From Octopus vulgaris (lineage: Eukaryota), in the NCBI GenBank assembly GCA_951406725.2, contig OX597826.1, forward strand, positions 74,462,001 through 74,526,000: a stretch of 64,000 bases of DNA, written 5' to 3'. A model generated the notes under the pieces. That model ran no database searches. It was not told where the DNA came from and was given only the letters and a program-made list of their open reading frames with translations. The position numbers and the translations under genes are program-made. This document shows, piece after piece, positions 12,391 through 27,205 of this stretch; the first letter of the stretch is position 1, and the number at the start of each line of letters is the position of its first letter.

Positions 12391-12694
12391 AAGTACCGTT
12401 GCTGAATATCTCTTATTCTGAGATTTAAAAATAGTAATTTTCTAATTAGGAATCATATTGTTGCAATTGGTTTTATTGTAATCCCCAGATCAGGGAATTT
12501 ATTACGTGTTCTCTGTGTATATGCGAAAATGATAGATTTTAAAGAAAGTATCATCTCGATAGTTTTTACTGCGAAATTCCTATCTGTAATCCGATTCTCT
12601 GGAATTTCTGACATGATAGCTATGTCTGATGTGTGAAGTAAAGACGCAAGGAGAGTGTGGTGAACAGAACACTTCTATGTCAGAGACATGATAG

Positions 12695-12772
<78 letters not shown>

Positions 12773-13333
12773 AAAATATAGATCTAAGGAGAGTGTGGTT
12801 TTTAGAACACTTCTATGTTACGGAGTTTTGGGAAATATGACGTAGTTAAACAATTGAAACCTTAATCATTGGTTCCCCACCTTTTTGTTGCGTGTCTACG
12901 GTGTGTAATTACACACAGGTAACTTTCTGAGAATCCACTTGATTTGATATGTTACACAGGTGGAGGAAACCATATCATAAGGTTTCAGAGCATGATTTTA
13001 CACTTTGCTCATTCACTGTTCGCTTCTAGAATCACTGCAATGTACACACACACACACATACATACATATACACATATATATTATATTATATATATTTACA
13101 CATACACACACACATTCTTTTATGCATTTCAGCCCAATAGTTGTGGTCACACTGGGGCACCACCAGTCTTATGACATTTTCATTGGACATGCTTTTGTGA
13201 TTGGCTTTTGGTGAACGAGGGAGTTCAATATTGCCGCACTCTTTTGAGTTTCTTGTCGTGATGTGGGTTCATTTGGGCCTTGGACTGCAAGAGATCCAGT
13301 TGTACACACACAACACATACACACACAACACAT

Positions 13334-13376
<43 letters not shown>

Positions 13377-13469
13377 ACACATATACATATATATATATAT
13401 AAAATATACACACACACACAAACACATTCACAATATATGTGTATATGTATATATGTATGTGTGCATGTG

Positions 13470-13502
<33 letters not shown>

Positions 13503-14028
13503 TTTTGAAGGAGAAAACTGCTCATTTATAAAGACCTACAAGTTGAAGAGAACGCAGGTCTATGGAAGACTTGCCGTGTTATGTCACCCTTGAAACCCCA
13601 CTGCTCTCAACCTTGATAATTTCGCAAAAACACTCGATGTTGTATTTATCATAAGCAAACCCTTCGTTCGTGTCTCCTGTGAGGACATCCTTGCTTAAAT
13701 ACCCGCTTATGAGCTTCTTGCATTTTTCATCTTCTGAATCAGAAGTTTACAGTCAGAACGAATGGTTTCGGTGTGAGGCCGACAGAAGACTTTTCTATCT
13801 ATTAATACATTCTGTCAACTCTTGTGCGTTCCAACGTTCAGTTATGTTTCCCTACTCTTCGACTCCTTATTCCTTCTTAATGTTTCTGCAATTTACAGAA
13901 GACTTGCCAATCTAGCACAGAAATCTTTAAAACATTCTTCGTTAGAGACACGACAATCTGGTCTCCGTTGATCACTGAAAGTTTTCACACATGAACAATG
14001 TGTTTGTGTTTGAGTGTGCATATGTCTG

Positions 14029-14088
<60 letters not shown>

Positions 14089-14139
14089 TTGTTGTATATT
14101 CTATGTTTTCATGTTTGGAATAACTATATCGTATGTTGT

Positions 14140-14179
<40 letters not shown>

Positions 14180-14292
14180 TATATATATACAATTGATAAT
14201 ATCAGAGTAATAAAGATTTTAGAAATTTTTACTACCTGTGGCCTATCGTGTAGAAAAATTAGTCAATAGACTATATATTATTCATACAAATA

Positions 14293-14424
14293 CAGTGTAC
14301 AAAACTCATAAGAGGTATCCGTCATAGGATTCCTTTCACGCTAGAAGGAACAGCTAGAAGCTGTTCCTTCTAGCGTGAAAGGAATCCTAAGAAGGATATC
14401 TCTTATGTGTTTGAATGTACACTG
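14293..14424. mobile_element. Palindromic Tc1/mariner-type MITE
   Basis: TA|CAGTGTAC...GTACACTG|TA; almost the whole element is a hairpin with a 3-nt loop at 14356-14358. Confidence 0.8.
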
Positions 14425-14485
<61 letters not shown>

Positions 14486-14699
14486 ATAAATATATATACA
14501 TACATACGCATGCACACATTCATACACACGCACACACACACACACACTCACACTCACACTAACTACGTGCTGAGATCTTTATTAGCGTTCTTCATTAGAG
14601 ACATGACAATTCGGTCTCCTTTGACAGGTCAGAGACCTGTTGTTAATCACTTCTCGTATCCAGGAAACAATTATGTTCCGCATTTTCTCTTGGTATGAT

Positions 14700-14885
14700 C
14701 AGCACACTGCAAAGTCTCTCAAGCTTCCTTCAAAATACTAGCGTTGACAATTTATGGTTATCTCTGGTAGCTGCACGTCCGTAAGATTGCAAAAAGAACG
14801 TCTAAAAAATCTAAGCTTTCTTGGTAGGGCCCCGAAAAAATTTCTTCCTCATAAGTTGATGACCCTCTACAAAGCTCTAATACAA
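14700..14885 (+). mobile_element. CR1/Jockey-like LINE fragment
   Basis: LSFLGRAPKKFLPHKLMTLYKALI resembles the post-RT L.TLYKA.IRP motif. Confidence 0.4.
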
Positions 14886-15326
14886 TACTACTACTACTAC
14901 TACCACCACCACAACCACCACCACCACCACCACCACTACCACTACCATTACTGCTACTTACAAATATCCTAGACCACATGCGAACTACTTCCGCTCAAGG
15001 CATTCCGACTAATTTACAAAGATTCTTTAATAAACTTGTTCTATTTGCTATCACTAAAAACGCCCTTTGCACCAATGAAACAAGAGGCTACGAACCACAC
15101 CCACACAAGTCCACCCTAGCTTATTAATGAGATACGTGTCAGTGCATTTCTCTACAGGGCTGTAGATTACTAGTGTGTGTGTGTTTGTGTGTATTTGGGC
15201 GCGTGTATGTACGTGTGTGTGTGTATGTATTTTCGATTTGATGTAGAGTTTCCATATATACCCGAAGTGAACGTGTTAAAAGCGAAAAAGACATTTGGGT
15301 GTGTGACAAAGTGTAGGTGGAAAGAA

Positions 15327-15386
<60 letters not shown>

Positions 15387-15981
15387 CAGACAGACAGACG
15401 GGGGAGTAGTGGCATGTGAATGTTTCATGGTGACACCTGTCATTATGAAAGTGTTGTATAGTCAAGAGCAAACGTGTCAGATGCTAAGTGATCGGTACAA
15501 GAATTAAACACAACACAAACAACAGGAATTTCAACTTACACAACGCTATAATGAAGGGGCTAAATAGTAATTTGAGAGAATTGGATGCGAGAAGGAGGCA
15601 CCGACCAGTGGAAATGACACTAATTAATTGAAGAGAATCCAATAGCTGGAGAAGGTACTAATTAAGAGACGCTATGGAGATACTAATTAAAGGAGATGCC
15701 AGTAAATACGGACATTATCACTGTCCGTACTGGCATTCAATTGGATTCTACATTCATTCATTGTATTTCTTTGGGGCTCAAATTTGAATCTACAAATGAC
15801 AGCATTTCATGAATAGGTACCATCTGACCGAAAATCTTCGAACTCTAAAGCAGTTTTCTCACTCATCTATATTTAAAAAGATTGGTATTGAAACTTGCAC
15901 TCGTCAGCACACATAAAAGTGACGTGAATATCTTGTAAGACTAGTAATTATATCAATGACTGGTAAATATATATATGTATG

Positions 15982-16044
<63 letters not shown>

Positions 16045-16047
<3 letters not shown>

Positions 16048-16353
16048 CATGATCACCGTGACCGACCAGGCTATCAGATGTTGCTACACATTGCTGGTCA
16101 CAATGCGCTTCACATTGTTTTAGCCTTCAAATGACGCCATCCCGCTGGCTAAGTGAGCAGGCCAACAGAAGAAAGAGAGAAATTTGTGCCGAAAGAGTAC
16201 AGCAGGGATCGCCCCCCCTTCCCTGCCGGGGCTTCGTGGAGCTTTTAGGTGTTTTCGCTCAATAAACACTCACAACGCCCAGTCTGGGAATCGAAACCGC
16301 GATCCTACGACCACCAGTCCGCTGCCCTAACCACTGAGCCATTGCGCCTCCAC
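16045..16353 (-). mobile_element. tRNA-derived SINE family C
   Basis: Minus-strand head gtggaggcgcaatggctcagtggttagggcagcgg...ggtttcgattccc. Confidence 0.88.
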
Positions 16354-16354
16354 A

Positions 16355-16444
<90 letters not shown>

Positions 16445-16445
<1 letters not shown>

Positions 16446-17616
16446 GCGGTAGACTCTCAGATTACTCAAAAAATGAAGCGACATGCTGTTATTGTGATTA
16501 TAAAGGCTGGGCATAGTGTTTTAGAAATATCACGAGTTTTAAAAGTTGCCAGATCTTTCGTCTACAAAGTTTGTAAGGAGCTAGAGACTGAAGGTGGAAA
16601 CGTATCCCCAGTATCAAACCATAAAAAAAAAACATTCTAAACGGTCTGAAATCATCAGAACACCCGGATTTATCCAGCAAGTTCAACAGACCATTGATTA
16701 CAATCCCAGAAAGTCCATGAGGTCCATTGAAAAAGGTCTCCATGTGTCAAAGGGAATAGTCAGAAATGTTGTCTACGAAGACATCAGATAATAAGTCTTA
16801 TATGACGAGGAAAGGTCAATTTGTCAGAATAAGCAAAAGAAAATCACTATATCGGGACTAAAAGGCTCTTAAACAAACCGAAAAATCCAGCAGAAGAAGA
16901 TTTGATTTGATTTTTCTCAAACAAGAAAAACTTCAACCAATATCAAAAAGTTAATAGAAGAAATGATAGTTGGTTCTATGCAGGCCCTTCTGAAGTTCCG
17001 AGTGTTATGCTTACAAAATTTCCTGCAACTGTCGTGGTTTTAGAGGTTGTCAGCAATGAAGGGCATGTGATGCCCCCTTACTTCTTTCCACAATGCCTTA
17101 GAGTTAACTCTGCTGCCTACATTGAGGTCCTGGAAATAATTGTTAAGCCCTGGGTAGACAGTGTATGCAATGGAAGGCCATATATGTTTCAGTAAGACTC
17201 TGTATTATCACACATGGCTCTAGTAACACAGGAATAGATGGTTGAAAATTTTCATGATCATATAACTCCCAACATTTGGCCTCCTAATTCCCCAGATCTC
17301 AAACCATTGGACTATTACACGTGGAGCGTTGTTGAGAGAGAGGTCAATGAACACGCCCATAACACCAAAGATTCTTTGGAAGCTACCATAGTCAGAGTAA
17401 TGTCCTAAATGAACCAGGACCACTTGATTCGAGCATGTAGACGATTTAGATCTCATATAGAAGCAGTTGTTGAAGCTGAAGGTTGCTTTATTGAATAACA
17501 TTATAGAAAAGAAGGTTTATTTTTATCCTCATAGCATTTTTTGATCAAGTTATTATCTGTTACTATATATCTGTTTTTTTATAAACATAAATCTCCCCTC
17601 ATATACCTTACCCACC

Positions 17617-17619
<3 letters not shown>
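16445..17619 (+). mobile_element. maT (DD37D) Tc1/mariner-superfamily transposon with pseudogenised transposase (~16473-17498)
   Basis: HTH-like MKRHAVIV...; FFSNKKNF; FQ*DS...WPPNSPDLKPLDYY with 37 residues between D2 and D3 (counted); C-terminal IEAVVEAEGCFIE; right end ...cccaccctg|TA. Confidence 0.9.
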
Positions 17620-17686
<67 letters not shown>

Positions 17687-18021
17687 CCCGACCTACACTC
17701 CAGCTGTTGGAGTAGAGCGCCGTAGCAAAGAAACATTTTTAAAGACTGACACATAAAAAACGACAATACGTCAGACACCAATGCAAACAAGAAAAGCCAG
17801 TGTAAAATACGATTTCGCACTAAATGGTACAAAAGTTGTATGGGTAAGTTAAGTTTAACGAAGTTTTTTTAGTGCTGTTGATTGCAAGATTGCGATATTT
17901 CTATATAAAATGTAAAAATAGATTTTTGAAAACGAAGTTAGTCAGCTTCTGTTACTGCTGACTGTTGGTCATTGAAATTTTTCCCACATGAGCCATGTGC
18001 TTGCGTTTGAGTGTAAAGGTG

Positions 18022-18130
<109 letters not shown>

Positions 18131-18254
18131 TTAAAAAATATAAATAAATAAATAAATAAATAAATATATATATGATGATTGCTACTTCTTTACAGAAGAA
18201 GGCCATCTCTTCAATAAATAAATACTGTCATATAATAATACATGAATACATATA

Positions 18255-18634
18255 TGTTTCTTTATTACCCACAAGGGGCTAAACATAGAAGGGACAAACA
18301 AACGAATTAAGTCGATTACATCGACCCCAGTGAGTAACTGGTACTTAATTTATCGACCCCGAAAGGATGAAAGGCAAAGTCGACCTCGGCGGAATTTGAT
18401 CTCAGAACGTAACGGCAGACGAAATACGAATTTCTTTATTGCCCACCGGGGGCCAAACATAGATATGGACAGTACAACTGATGGGATCAGTGAATCGATA
18501 TGATTTTACATAAATGTGACATCAAAAATAAAATACAATACATAAAAATCGAATGGAATACACAGTACAAAAACAATACAAATACGGCTACGCATTTCGC
18601 CCGGCGTGCTAACGGTTCTGCCAGCTCCGCCACC
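18255..18634 (-). mobile_element. SINE family B, partial multimer
   Basis: Reverse complement of a family B unit and head. Confidence 0.85.
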
Positions 18635-19364
18635 TTAACATGTATACATATATACGCACACAAACAAGCACTCACACACACTCACACACACACATACACA
18701 CACATACACACATACACACACACTCACACACACCTTTCAATACATTAATTTTGGTGGGTTTTTTTTTTAATTGCTAGTGCTTACGTATTCACATATTCAA
18801 GAAAATATTGTTTCATATACTCAACATTTGCCAGTTCCTCATAATAAATTATTGCGCACTTGAGCATCGCAGCTCCCCAGTTTTTGACAATGTAATTAAT
18901 GAAAAATGAAAAAAAAAAATGGTTTTCTGCCCAGAGTGTGAGTGTTTTATTCAATCACATTTGATTGGCCAACTGAAAGGTCAGAGAAATGAATGACTTG
19001 ACGAATCGTTGTCAGCAGGTTCGTGGCGAAGATTAGCTCGCAGCTAGATTTATAAACATTGCAAAATTGGAAATGATGACAATGAGATGACGGTGAGGTC
19101 GCCAACGACAAGAACAACAAGAAAACAACACCACGACCACCACCACCACCAACAGCAATGACAGCAACAACAACAACAACAACAACAACTGCAAGCTATC
19201 AGCAAGTATAGTTACTCAGTAGTTATGACCTGCGACAAGGATCACTGCGAGTGTCCATGTTAAACTGCTGACATCATAGCGCTGAAAGTATTGTATAACG
19301 AACCTGATACCAATGAAATATATACACACTTGCAAGCTAAGTATATTGCACACACGCACGCACA

Positions 19365-19724
19365 TAAATACATACATACATACATGCATGCATACATACA
19401 TACATACATACATACATACATACATGCATATGCAACTATATGCATGAGAATACATGTATAAAACATACAAATCTACACATACATACATATATACATAGAT
19501 TCATAGATACATACATACATACATACATACATACATACATACATACATACATACATACATACATACATACATAATCAGACAAAACTACCCTTTTGTTGAT
19601 GTTGAAATTACAATAAAGGAGCCTTGAATCTAGGTTAGAAACCAGTTCTTTCTCTATTGGCAAGAAATCTTAAAATTGAAAATTCCATACATACATACAT
19701 ACATACATACATACATACATACAC

Positions 19725-19757
<33 letters not shown>

Positions 19758-20165
19758 CATACATACATACATGCATACATACATACATACATACATAAAT
19801 ACATACACACATACATACATACATACATACATACATACATACATAAATACATACACACATACATACATACATATATACATACATACATACATACATACAT
19901 ACATACATACATACATACATACATAAATACATACATACATACATACATACATAAATACATACATACATACATACATACATAAATACATACACACATACAT
20001 ACATACATACATACATACATACATACATACATACATACATACATACATACATACATACATACATACATACATACATACACACATACATACATACACACAC
20101 ACACACACATACATACATACATACATACATACATACATACATACATACGTACATACGTACGTATG
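19365..20165. repeat. (TACA)n tetranucleotide arrays
   Basis: Direct reading. Confidence 0.95.
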
Positions 20166-20368
20166 TATGTGAATTTATATGCTTTGTTTAAGACTTGGTA
20201 CTACAATTGTTCCAATCTACATGTTCCAATCTGCATGTGGCATTATTCACTGCTAGATTTGTTGTAAGCAAGAAACAAATTAAACTCGGTAAAGTATGAA
20301 AGCAACACACATACACACACATGCACATACGCACGCACACACACACGCACGCATGTATATATATGTAT

Positions 20369-20541
20369 ATCACCGTGATATACACATCGCTGGTCACAAT
20401 GCGCTTCGCATTGTTTTAGCCTTTAAATGACGCCACCCCGCTGGCTAAGCGAGCAGGCCAACAAAAGAAAGAATGAGAGAAAGTTGTGGCGAAAGAGTAC
20501 AGCAGGGATCTCCACCACCCCCTGCCGGAGCCTTGTGGAGC
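20369..20541 (-). mobile_element. SINE family C, 3' portion
   Basis: Matches 16045-16240. Confidence 0.8.
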
Positions 20542-21129
20542 AGACAGACAGACAAATATATATATATATTCCGATGAAAAGATTGAAAGTCGACTCAGTG
20601 TTGTGGGTGTTGCTTGTTAATGAGCTTCAAAGCGCAGATGACTTTTTAGCAATGTTCATTGCGATGGTTTTTACCACATCTATCACCTAAATCACTTTTC
20701 TAAGTTGGGTGCAATGCAGAGCTAAACATTTGGCATTGTGTCCAGAATGTAACTTTCCAAACCACCAACAGAAAATCTATTTTTACATGGCTGACAAATA
20801 TGTATTCTGCAGTTGGTAGCTTACCTTAAATTATCTGCCCTCCTCGATTTTCTAACAAGACTAATCTTAGATATGCAAGGTCAGTTGCAAGCTGAATATT
20901 TAAAGAGATTAATATATATTGTAATTCTTTTATAATTGTCTATAGACGCATGCGAATATAAGGATGCACATCATAGAAGAACAGAATGGAATAAGCAGAG
21001 CAAGAGCACACATTAAGACACACTGAGGAGGTCACAGATGTGTGACGAAAGATTTCCGGACAATGGACATGAGTTAAAATAAGAACAATTATAAATTAGT
21101 GATGAGTGAATATATAGTGCGTGTGTTTA

Positions 21130-21600
21130 TTTGGCAAAATCAAAATGACCGTCCCGAGATACAACAATATCTGTTTCAACACACGACTTCACATCAGGAA
21201 TTTTGCAGCACAAATTTATAAACGTAATGTCTAGTTTTAATTTCACGTTTAATGGGATTGCCTTTCATGGAGTTCAGTATTTTTCTCCACGGCGCTCTCC
21301 CAGTTACAATAAGTTCCCAAGTGTCTGCATGGATATTGACTTTTTTCAAGTGGAACTTTCTAGTATCGTTTGATGTTCTTTGGTGCTGCTGCTAAGAAGA
21401 GAGGCGGCAAATCTAGTCAAGTGATACTTTTAGCTTTTATCATTTTCATTCAAAAATAGGTTTGTCAGAAGTTTAAATAAGGTGAGAACAGTTGCGCACC
21501 TTCGCCTTGGAGAAAATTGTGGTAGCATCTTCATATGACGTAAATGTTTTAGGGGAAGTATAGGAAGGTCGTGTAAACATAACCATAAAAGAGGGTGGTA
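21130..21600 (-). mobile_element. RTE LINE 3' relic
   Basis: Minus strand IHADTWELIVTGRAPWRK resembles the RTE C-terminal WE..A.DR..WR motif. Confidence 0.55.
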
Positions 21601-21921
21601 GGATGTATCTTTGCGGTGCTCATAAAGAACGTTACAGACTCTAGAAGTAGGTTCGTTGCTCTAACTCTGAGGTTAGTTTGTTTATTAGCATTGTATGTTG
21701 TGCCTTAAGGAAGTGTTTAGTTATTCTTACATGTTCCAGGATTACATGTGCTACCGTAACATGCGTTATTGTGCCATCTGTGAGTTATTTGTATGTGTTA
21801 TTGTGACACATGTTATAATGATTGACGTGAAACTGTGACACGTCATTGTGACGTGTTATTACAACCCTTGTTTTTGAGACATGTACTGTTGTGACATATT
21901 ATTATGGTATATTTTACTGTA

Positions 21922-22150
21922 GTGGAGACGCGTGGCTTAGTAGTTAGGGTGTCAGCATTGTGATCGTAAGATTGTGATTTCGATTCCTGGACCGGGCGAC
22001 GCGTTGAGTTCTTGAGCAAAACACTTTATTTCACGTTGCTCCAGTCCACTCAGCTGGCAAAAATGAGTAACGCTGCGATGGAGTGGCGTCCCGTCCAGCT
22101 GGGGAACACATACGCCATAGAAACCGGGCCCATGAGCCTGGCTAGGCTTT
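21922..22150 (+). mobile_element. SINE family C-related variant
   Basis: tRNA head gtggagacgcgtggcttagtagttagg...tttcgattcc; tail gaaaccgggcccatgag is shared with 25213. Confidence 0.75.
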
Positions 22151-22162
22151 ATAAGGGCGCAT

Positions 22163-22197
<35 letters not shown>

Positions 22198-23160
22198 TAT
22201 TTTATTGTGATGCGTTTTGGTTACGTTACTTACATAGAAATATTCACAGCTCAGAAAAGACCGTAAAAAGAAAACAAAAACAATGATACACATGACACAC
22301 AGACCTAGCGATGCATTTCCTCTTCACAAAATTACAACAATACTAATATAATAGTTGTATACTAGATCTATTGTGAGTTCTACCAATCTCTTCTGTCCCA
22401 ATATCTCCACAATAAATCACGATTGACTAAAAAGAACTTAAAATGGTGCACTCCATATAATCAAAGGCCACACCCAAATACCATTCACAGATGACTTGAC
22501 ATAGAAAATGAAAATAAGAGCTCTCCTGGACAAACTTTTTGCGCATTAGAATATTAGGTTGTTCTCGGCTTTTCCACTGAAGATGAGTTTGCGAATAATA
22601 CATAAGTGAGTAGTGTGGCTTAACGAAGGATATGGTTACATATTTAGAGGGAGGAACGTGTTTATCCGATCTGTATTATCAGCATGGCCTCTTCTTAGTT
22701 AAGAAAACGATAATGTCATTTGATATTTTAACATAGTTGACCTGTGAACGAAATAAGGTGAAGATCTGTTCAAAATGTCAGTATTTTAGTTGGATGTCAT
22801 TTAGATGTTACTGTTCCTTTATCTGACCTGCCTTGTATAACAATGTCTACGCACATTGTTATCATTGAGGGAGACGGCATCGATACATATGGATCTGCCA
22901 GAAACATATCGTTTTACTGATCTATGAATAAATACTTGCTTTAAACTATCTTGTAGTGTTGCTCTCGTAAATTCTGTGACTTCAGTTACTGAATGCTTAC
23001 CTTAGAAGCAGAGTAACAATTGTAAACTAATTTGTGTTTGTTAAAGATACTCAGATGGCAATAAGCGGTCTACATAACTTTGCGGCTAATTTTTATAACA
23101 AATATTTATGGCTTGTCTTTCTAATTATTATTATCATTATTATTATTATTATTGTTATTA

Positions 23161-23234
<74 letters not shown>

Positions 23235-23261
23235 ATTATTATTATTATTATTACTGTTATA

Positions 23262-23450
23262 AGGCGGTGATCTGGCTGAATCGTTAGAACGCTGGATGAA
23301 ATGCTTAGCGGCATTTTGTCCGTCTTTACATTCTGAGTTCAAATTCCGCCGAGGTCGATTTTGCCTTTCATCCTTTCGGGGTCGATGAAATAAGTACCAG
23401 CTAGGCACTGGGGTCGATGTAATCGATTAGCCACCGCCTCCCGAAATTTG
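23262..23450 (+). mobile_element. SINE family B
   Basis: Head plus Meta-like domain. Confidence 0.85.
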
Positions 23451-23477
23451 AGAATTAGTAGAATTATTGGTCTATAG

Positions 23478-23690
23478 TTTTCCAGTTTCAGCTCTTGAGC
23501 TGTGGCCATGCTGGGGCACCGCCATTGTGGTGAAAGAGTACAGCAGGGATCACCACCCCCTGCCGGAGCCTCGTAGAGCTTTTAGGTGTTTTCGCTCAAT
23601 AAACACACACAACGCCCGGTCTGAGAATCGAAACCGCGATCCTGCGACCGCGAGTCCGCTGCCCTAACCACTAGGCCATTGCGCATCTAC
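23478..23690 (-). mobile_element. SINE with family C head and family A-type tail
   Basis: On the minus strand the C head and body join directly to ggcggtgccccagcatggccacagctcaagagctgaaac. Confidence 0.8.
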
Positions 23691-23711
23691 ATTGCGCATA
23701 TAGTAGAAAGG

Positions 23712-23988
<277 letters not shown>

Positions 23989-24254
23989 TTTCGTGTTGTT
24001 TTTTGCGCTACGTGGCGCATTTCTGCGCATTTTTAGTTTTATTTATACTACTTCACCGACAATATTCTACCTAATGTGTATTATTTTTCCGTGTGTTGTG
24101 CATTTTCTGAAATCGTAGAATCTTGGTTTGATACCCGTTTGGCCCCTAAAGTCTGAGTCTGTCCTGCACAATTTTCTTCCTCTACATTAACAACCTGTTT
24201 ACTTTCACCGCTAACAACACGAACAACTACACGTTCGAGAACATTCTTCATTCC

Positions 24255-24405
24255 TATTTCGTTTGTCTTTACGTTCTGAGTTCAAATTCCACCGAGGTCA
24301 ACTTTGCCTTTCATCCTTTCGGGGTCGATAAATTAAGTACCAGTTGCGTACCGAGGTCGATCTAATCGACTGGCTCCCTCCTCTTGTGTCTAGAGTAGAA
24401 AAGAA
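24255..24405 (+). mobile_element. SINE family B, 5'-truncated
   Basis: B box plus Meta-like domain. Confidence 0.85.
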
Positions 24406-24852
24406 TATTCTTCATTCCTTTATCTTCTTCACTCCTGAATAAGCCACATGTGATCTAGGCAAGTCGTTCTGAATTCTCACTGGCTGCTTCAGCAGAGATC
24501 TCGAAAACATCCATCTTGTAATGTGGTCATGCAAATTTTATCTCACTGCAAAAAAAAAAATAATAAAACACCATCGCTGTAGGAAAACAATATCCTGCCT
24601 TATCTTGCGCTAAATATGAACTCTATACAACAACAAACCTTACCCTCTCTTCAAATGTTTAGTATCACCGATACAGAGGATTTCTCCTGGCGAATGTATA
24701 TCTTCGAAGCATAAACATGAAGTTGTATATGCATATACTTACATACATAAACTCATACATACACACACATAAGCTCATCCATACACACACACTCACACAC
24801 ACATACGCACACACACACACACATACGTACGTACACGTATACATAATATCAG

Positions 24853-25177
24853 ACCCACTGCGTGGCAACTTGGGCAAATGTCTTCTGCTATAGCTTCGGG
24901 CCGACCAAAGCCTTGCGAGTGGATTTGGTAGGTGGAAACTGAAAGAAGCCTATCGTATGTGTATACGCGTCTTTGTATCAGTGATCGTACCCCACTACCG
25001 CTTGACAACTGGTGCTGGTGCGTTTACGTCCCCGTTAACTGAGCGGTTCGGCAAAAGAGATGAATAGAATAAATACCAGGCTTTAAAAAAGGTGAGAACT
25101 GGGGTCGATTCGCTCGACTAAACTTCTTCAAGTCAGTGCCCCAGCATGGCCGCAGTCCACTGACTGAAACAAGTAAA

Positions 25178-25180
<3 letters not shown>
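24853..25180 (+). mobile_element. SINE family A, 5'-truncated
   Basis: Family A body and tail. Confidence 0.85.
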
Positions 25181-25212
<32 letters not shown>

Positions 25213-25213
<1 letters not shown>

Positions 25214-25484
25214 GTAACACACTCATAAGGGCCGGTTTCCTTGGCGTATAGGTTCTCCACTTGGACGGGACGCCGGTCCGTCGCAGGTGAGCTACAAGAT
25301 ACAGGAGGAAAGAGTGAAAGTTGTAGCGAAAGAGCCAGCAGAAGTTCGCCATTACCTTCTGCCGGAGCCGTGTGGAGCTTAGGTGCTTCGCTCATAAACA
25401 CACACATCGCTCGGTCTGAGATTCGAACCCGCGATCCCTCGACTGCGAGTCCGCTGCTCTAACTACTAGCTCATGTACCTCCAC
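25213..25484 (-). mobile_element. SINE family C variant
   Basis: C-type head with an alternative tail. Confidence 0.8.
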
Positions 25485-26314
25485 GATTTCTTACCTAAGA
25501 AACTTTTATTTGGATTTACAAACTTGTGTTTATTTAAATGAAATCCGTTGAGAATATTTTATCGATAGAGAAGATAAAACAGAGCCGGAACTAAATGTGC
25601 ACAATATATTGGTTTCATATTCTAAAACAATATGAAATGGATGACAAACCTAATATCCCCCATTTGAGACCTATGCTTGGCCCTTAGGGACTTTCAACTG
25701 GGACCACTTTATTGTAAGTATTAAAGTCAGGACTTTGATCCGATGATTTCTCGATATCTTTAAGTGTCCCCTTCCTACAATACAATCACCCACAAGGCGT
25801 GGTTCCTTTCTTCCTCTCCTTAAACCTGCCTCGGAGGGTCTACTGAGAATTAGGAGTGTTGCCTTTCTTTTCTTGCCCGATCCATCGAAAAATATTTACA
25901 AACAAAACTGTAAATGTCTCCAAAAGTGACACGAATTTAATGAAAATAAGAAGGCGTTTGTACATCAGACGTGGAGAATGAAAGATGGTGTTGTAATATT
26001 ATTCAGATGCCATGTTTTAAAGAGTTGAAGAGCTTCTGATGTGTGTTTCTACTTTCATCATTTAATGTTTTCCCTTAAGTTTCTAACATAACGCCCTCGC
26101 AGTGAACCAGAATTCTGTTTGCTGTGTGATATCGAATGATGTGAAAATGTCACAGAAAGTTAAGATAAGAAAAACAAGTATAAATTCTTTATAGTAAGCT
26201 ATATCTGCAGACATAAGAAAGGAGCGGAGACAGGACAAAGTGAGCGGAATTAAACGAAAGATGCATAGCAACACGATTATGCTTAGGTTTTAGTATATAC
26301 CGCTTTCTTTCCCT

Positions 26315-26355
<41 letters not shown>

Positions 26356-26394
26356 GCCTCTCTCTCTCTCTCTTCTCACAAAAACACATATGCG

Positions 26395-26555
26395 TAGATC
26401 TGGTGGATTGGTTACGAAGTTCGCTCCATAATCATTTAGTTTAGGGTTCGATCTTACTGCACGGCATCTCGGGCGAGTGTTTCTCTTCTATAGCCTCGGA
26501 TTGGATTGGCCGATGCCGTGTGAGGGGAAAACTTGACAGACTGAAACTAGGCATA
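26395..26555 (+). mobile_element. SINE family A, diverged 5' part
   Basis: ggttcgatcttactgcacggcatctcgggcgagtg...ctatagcctcgg. Confidence 0.6.
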
Positions 26556-26589
26556 TATTTGCCGTATATAAACATAGACGTGGACACAA

Positions 26590-27205
<616 letters not shown>

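Noticed and set aside
22440-22960. Possible PLE RT relic (SDKG motif on the minus strand)
   Set aside because: Too decayed; only one short motif recognisable.
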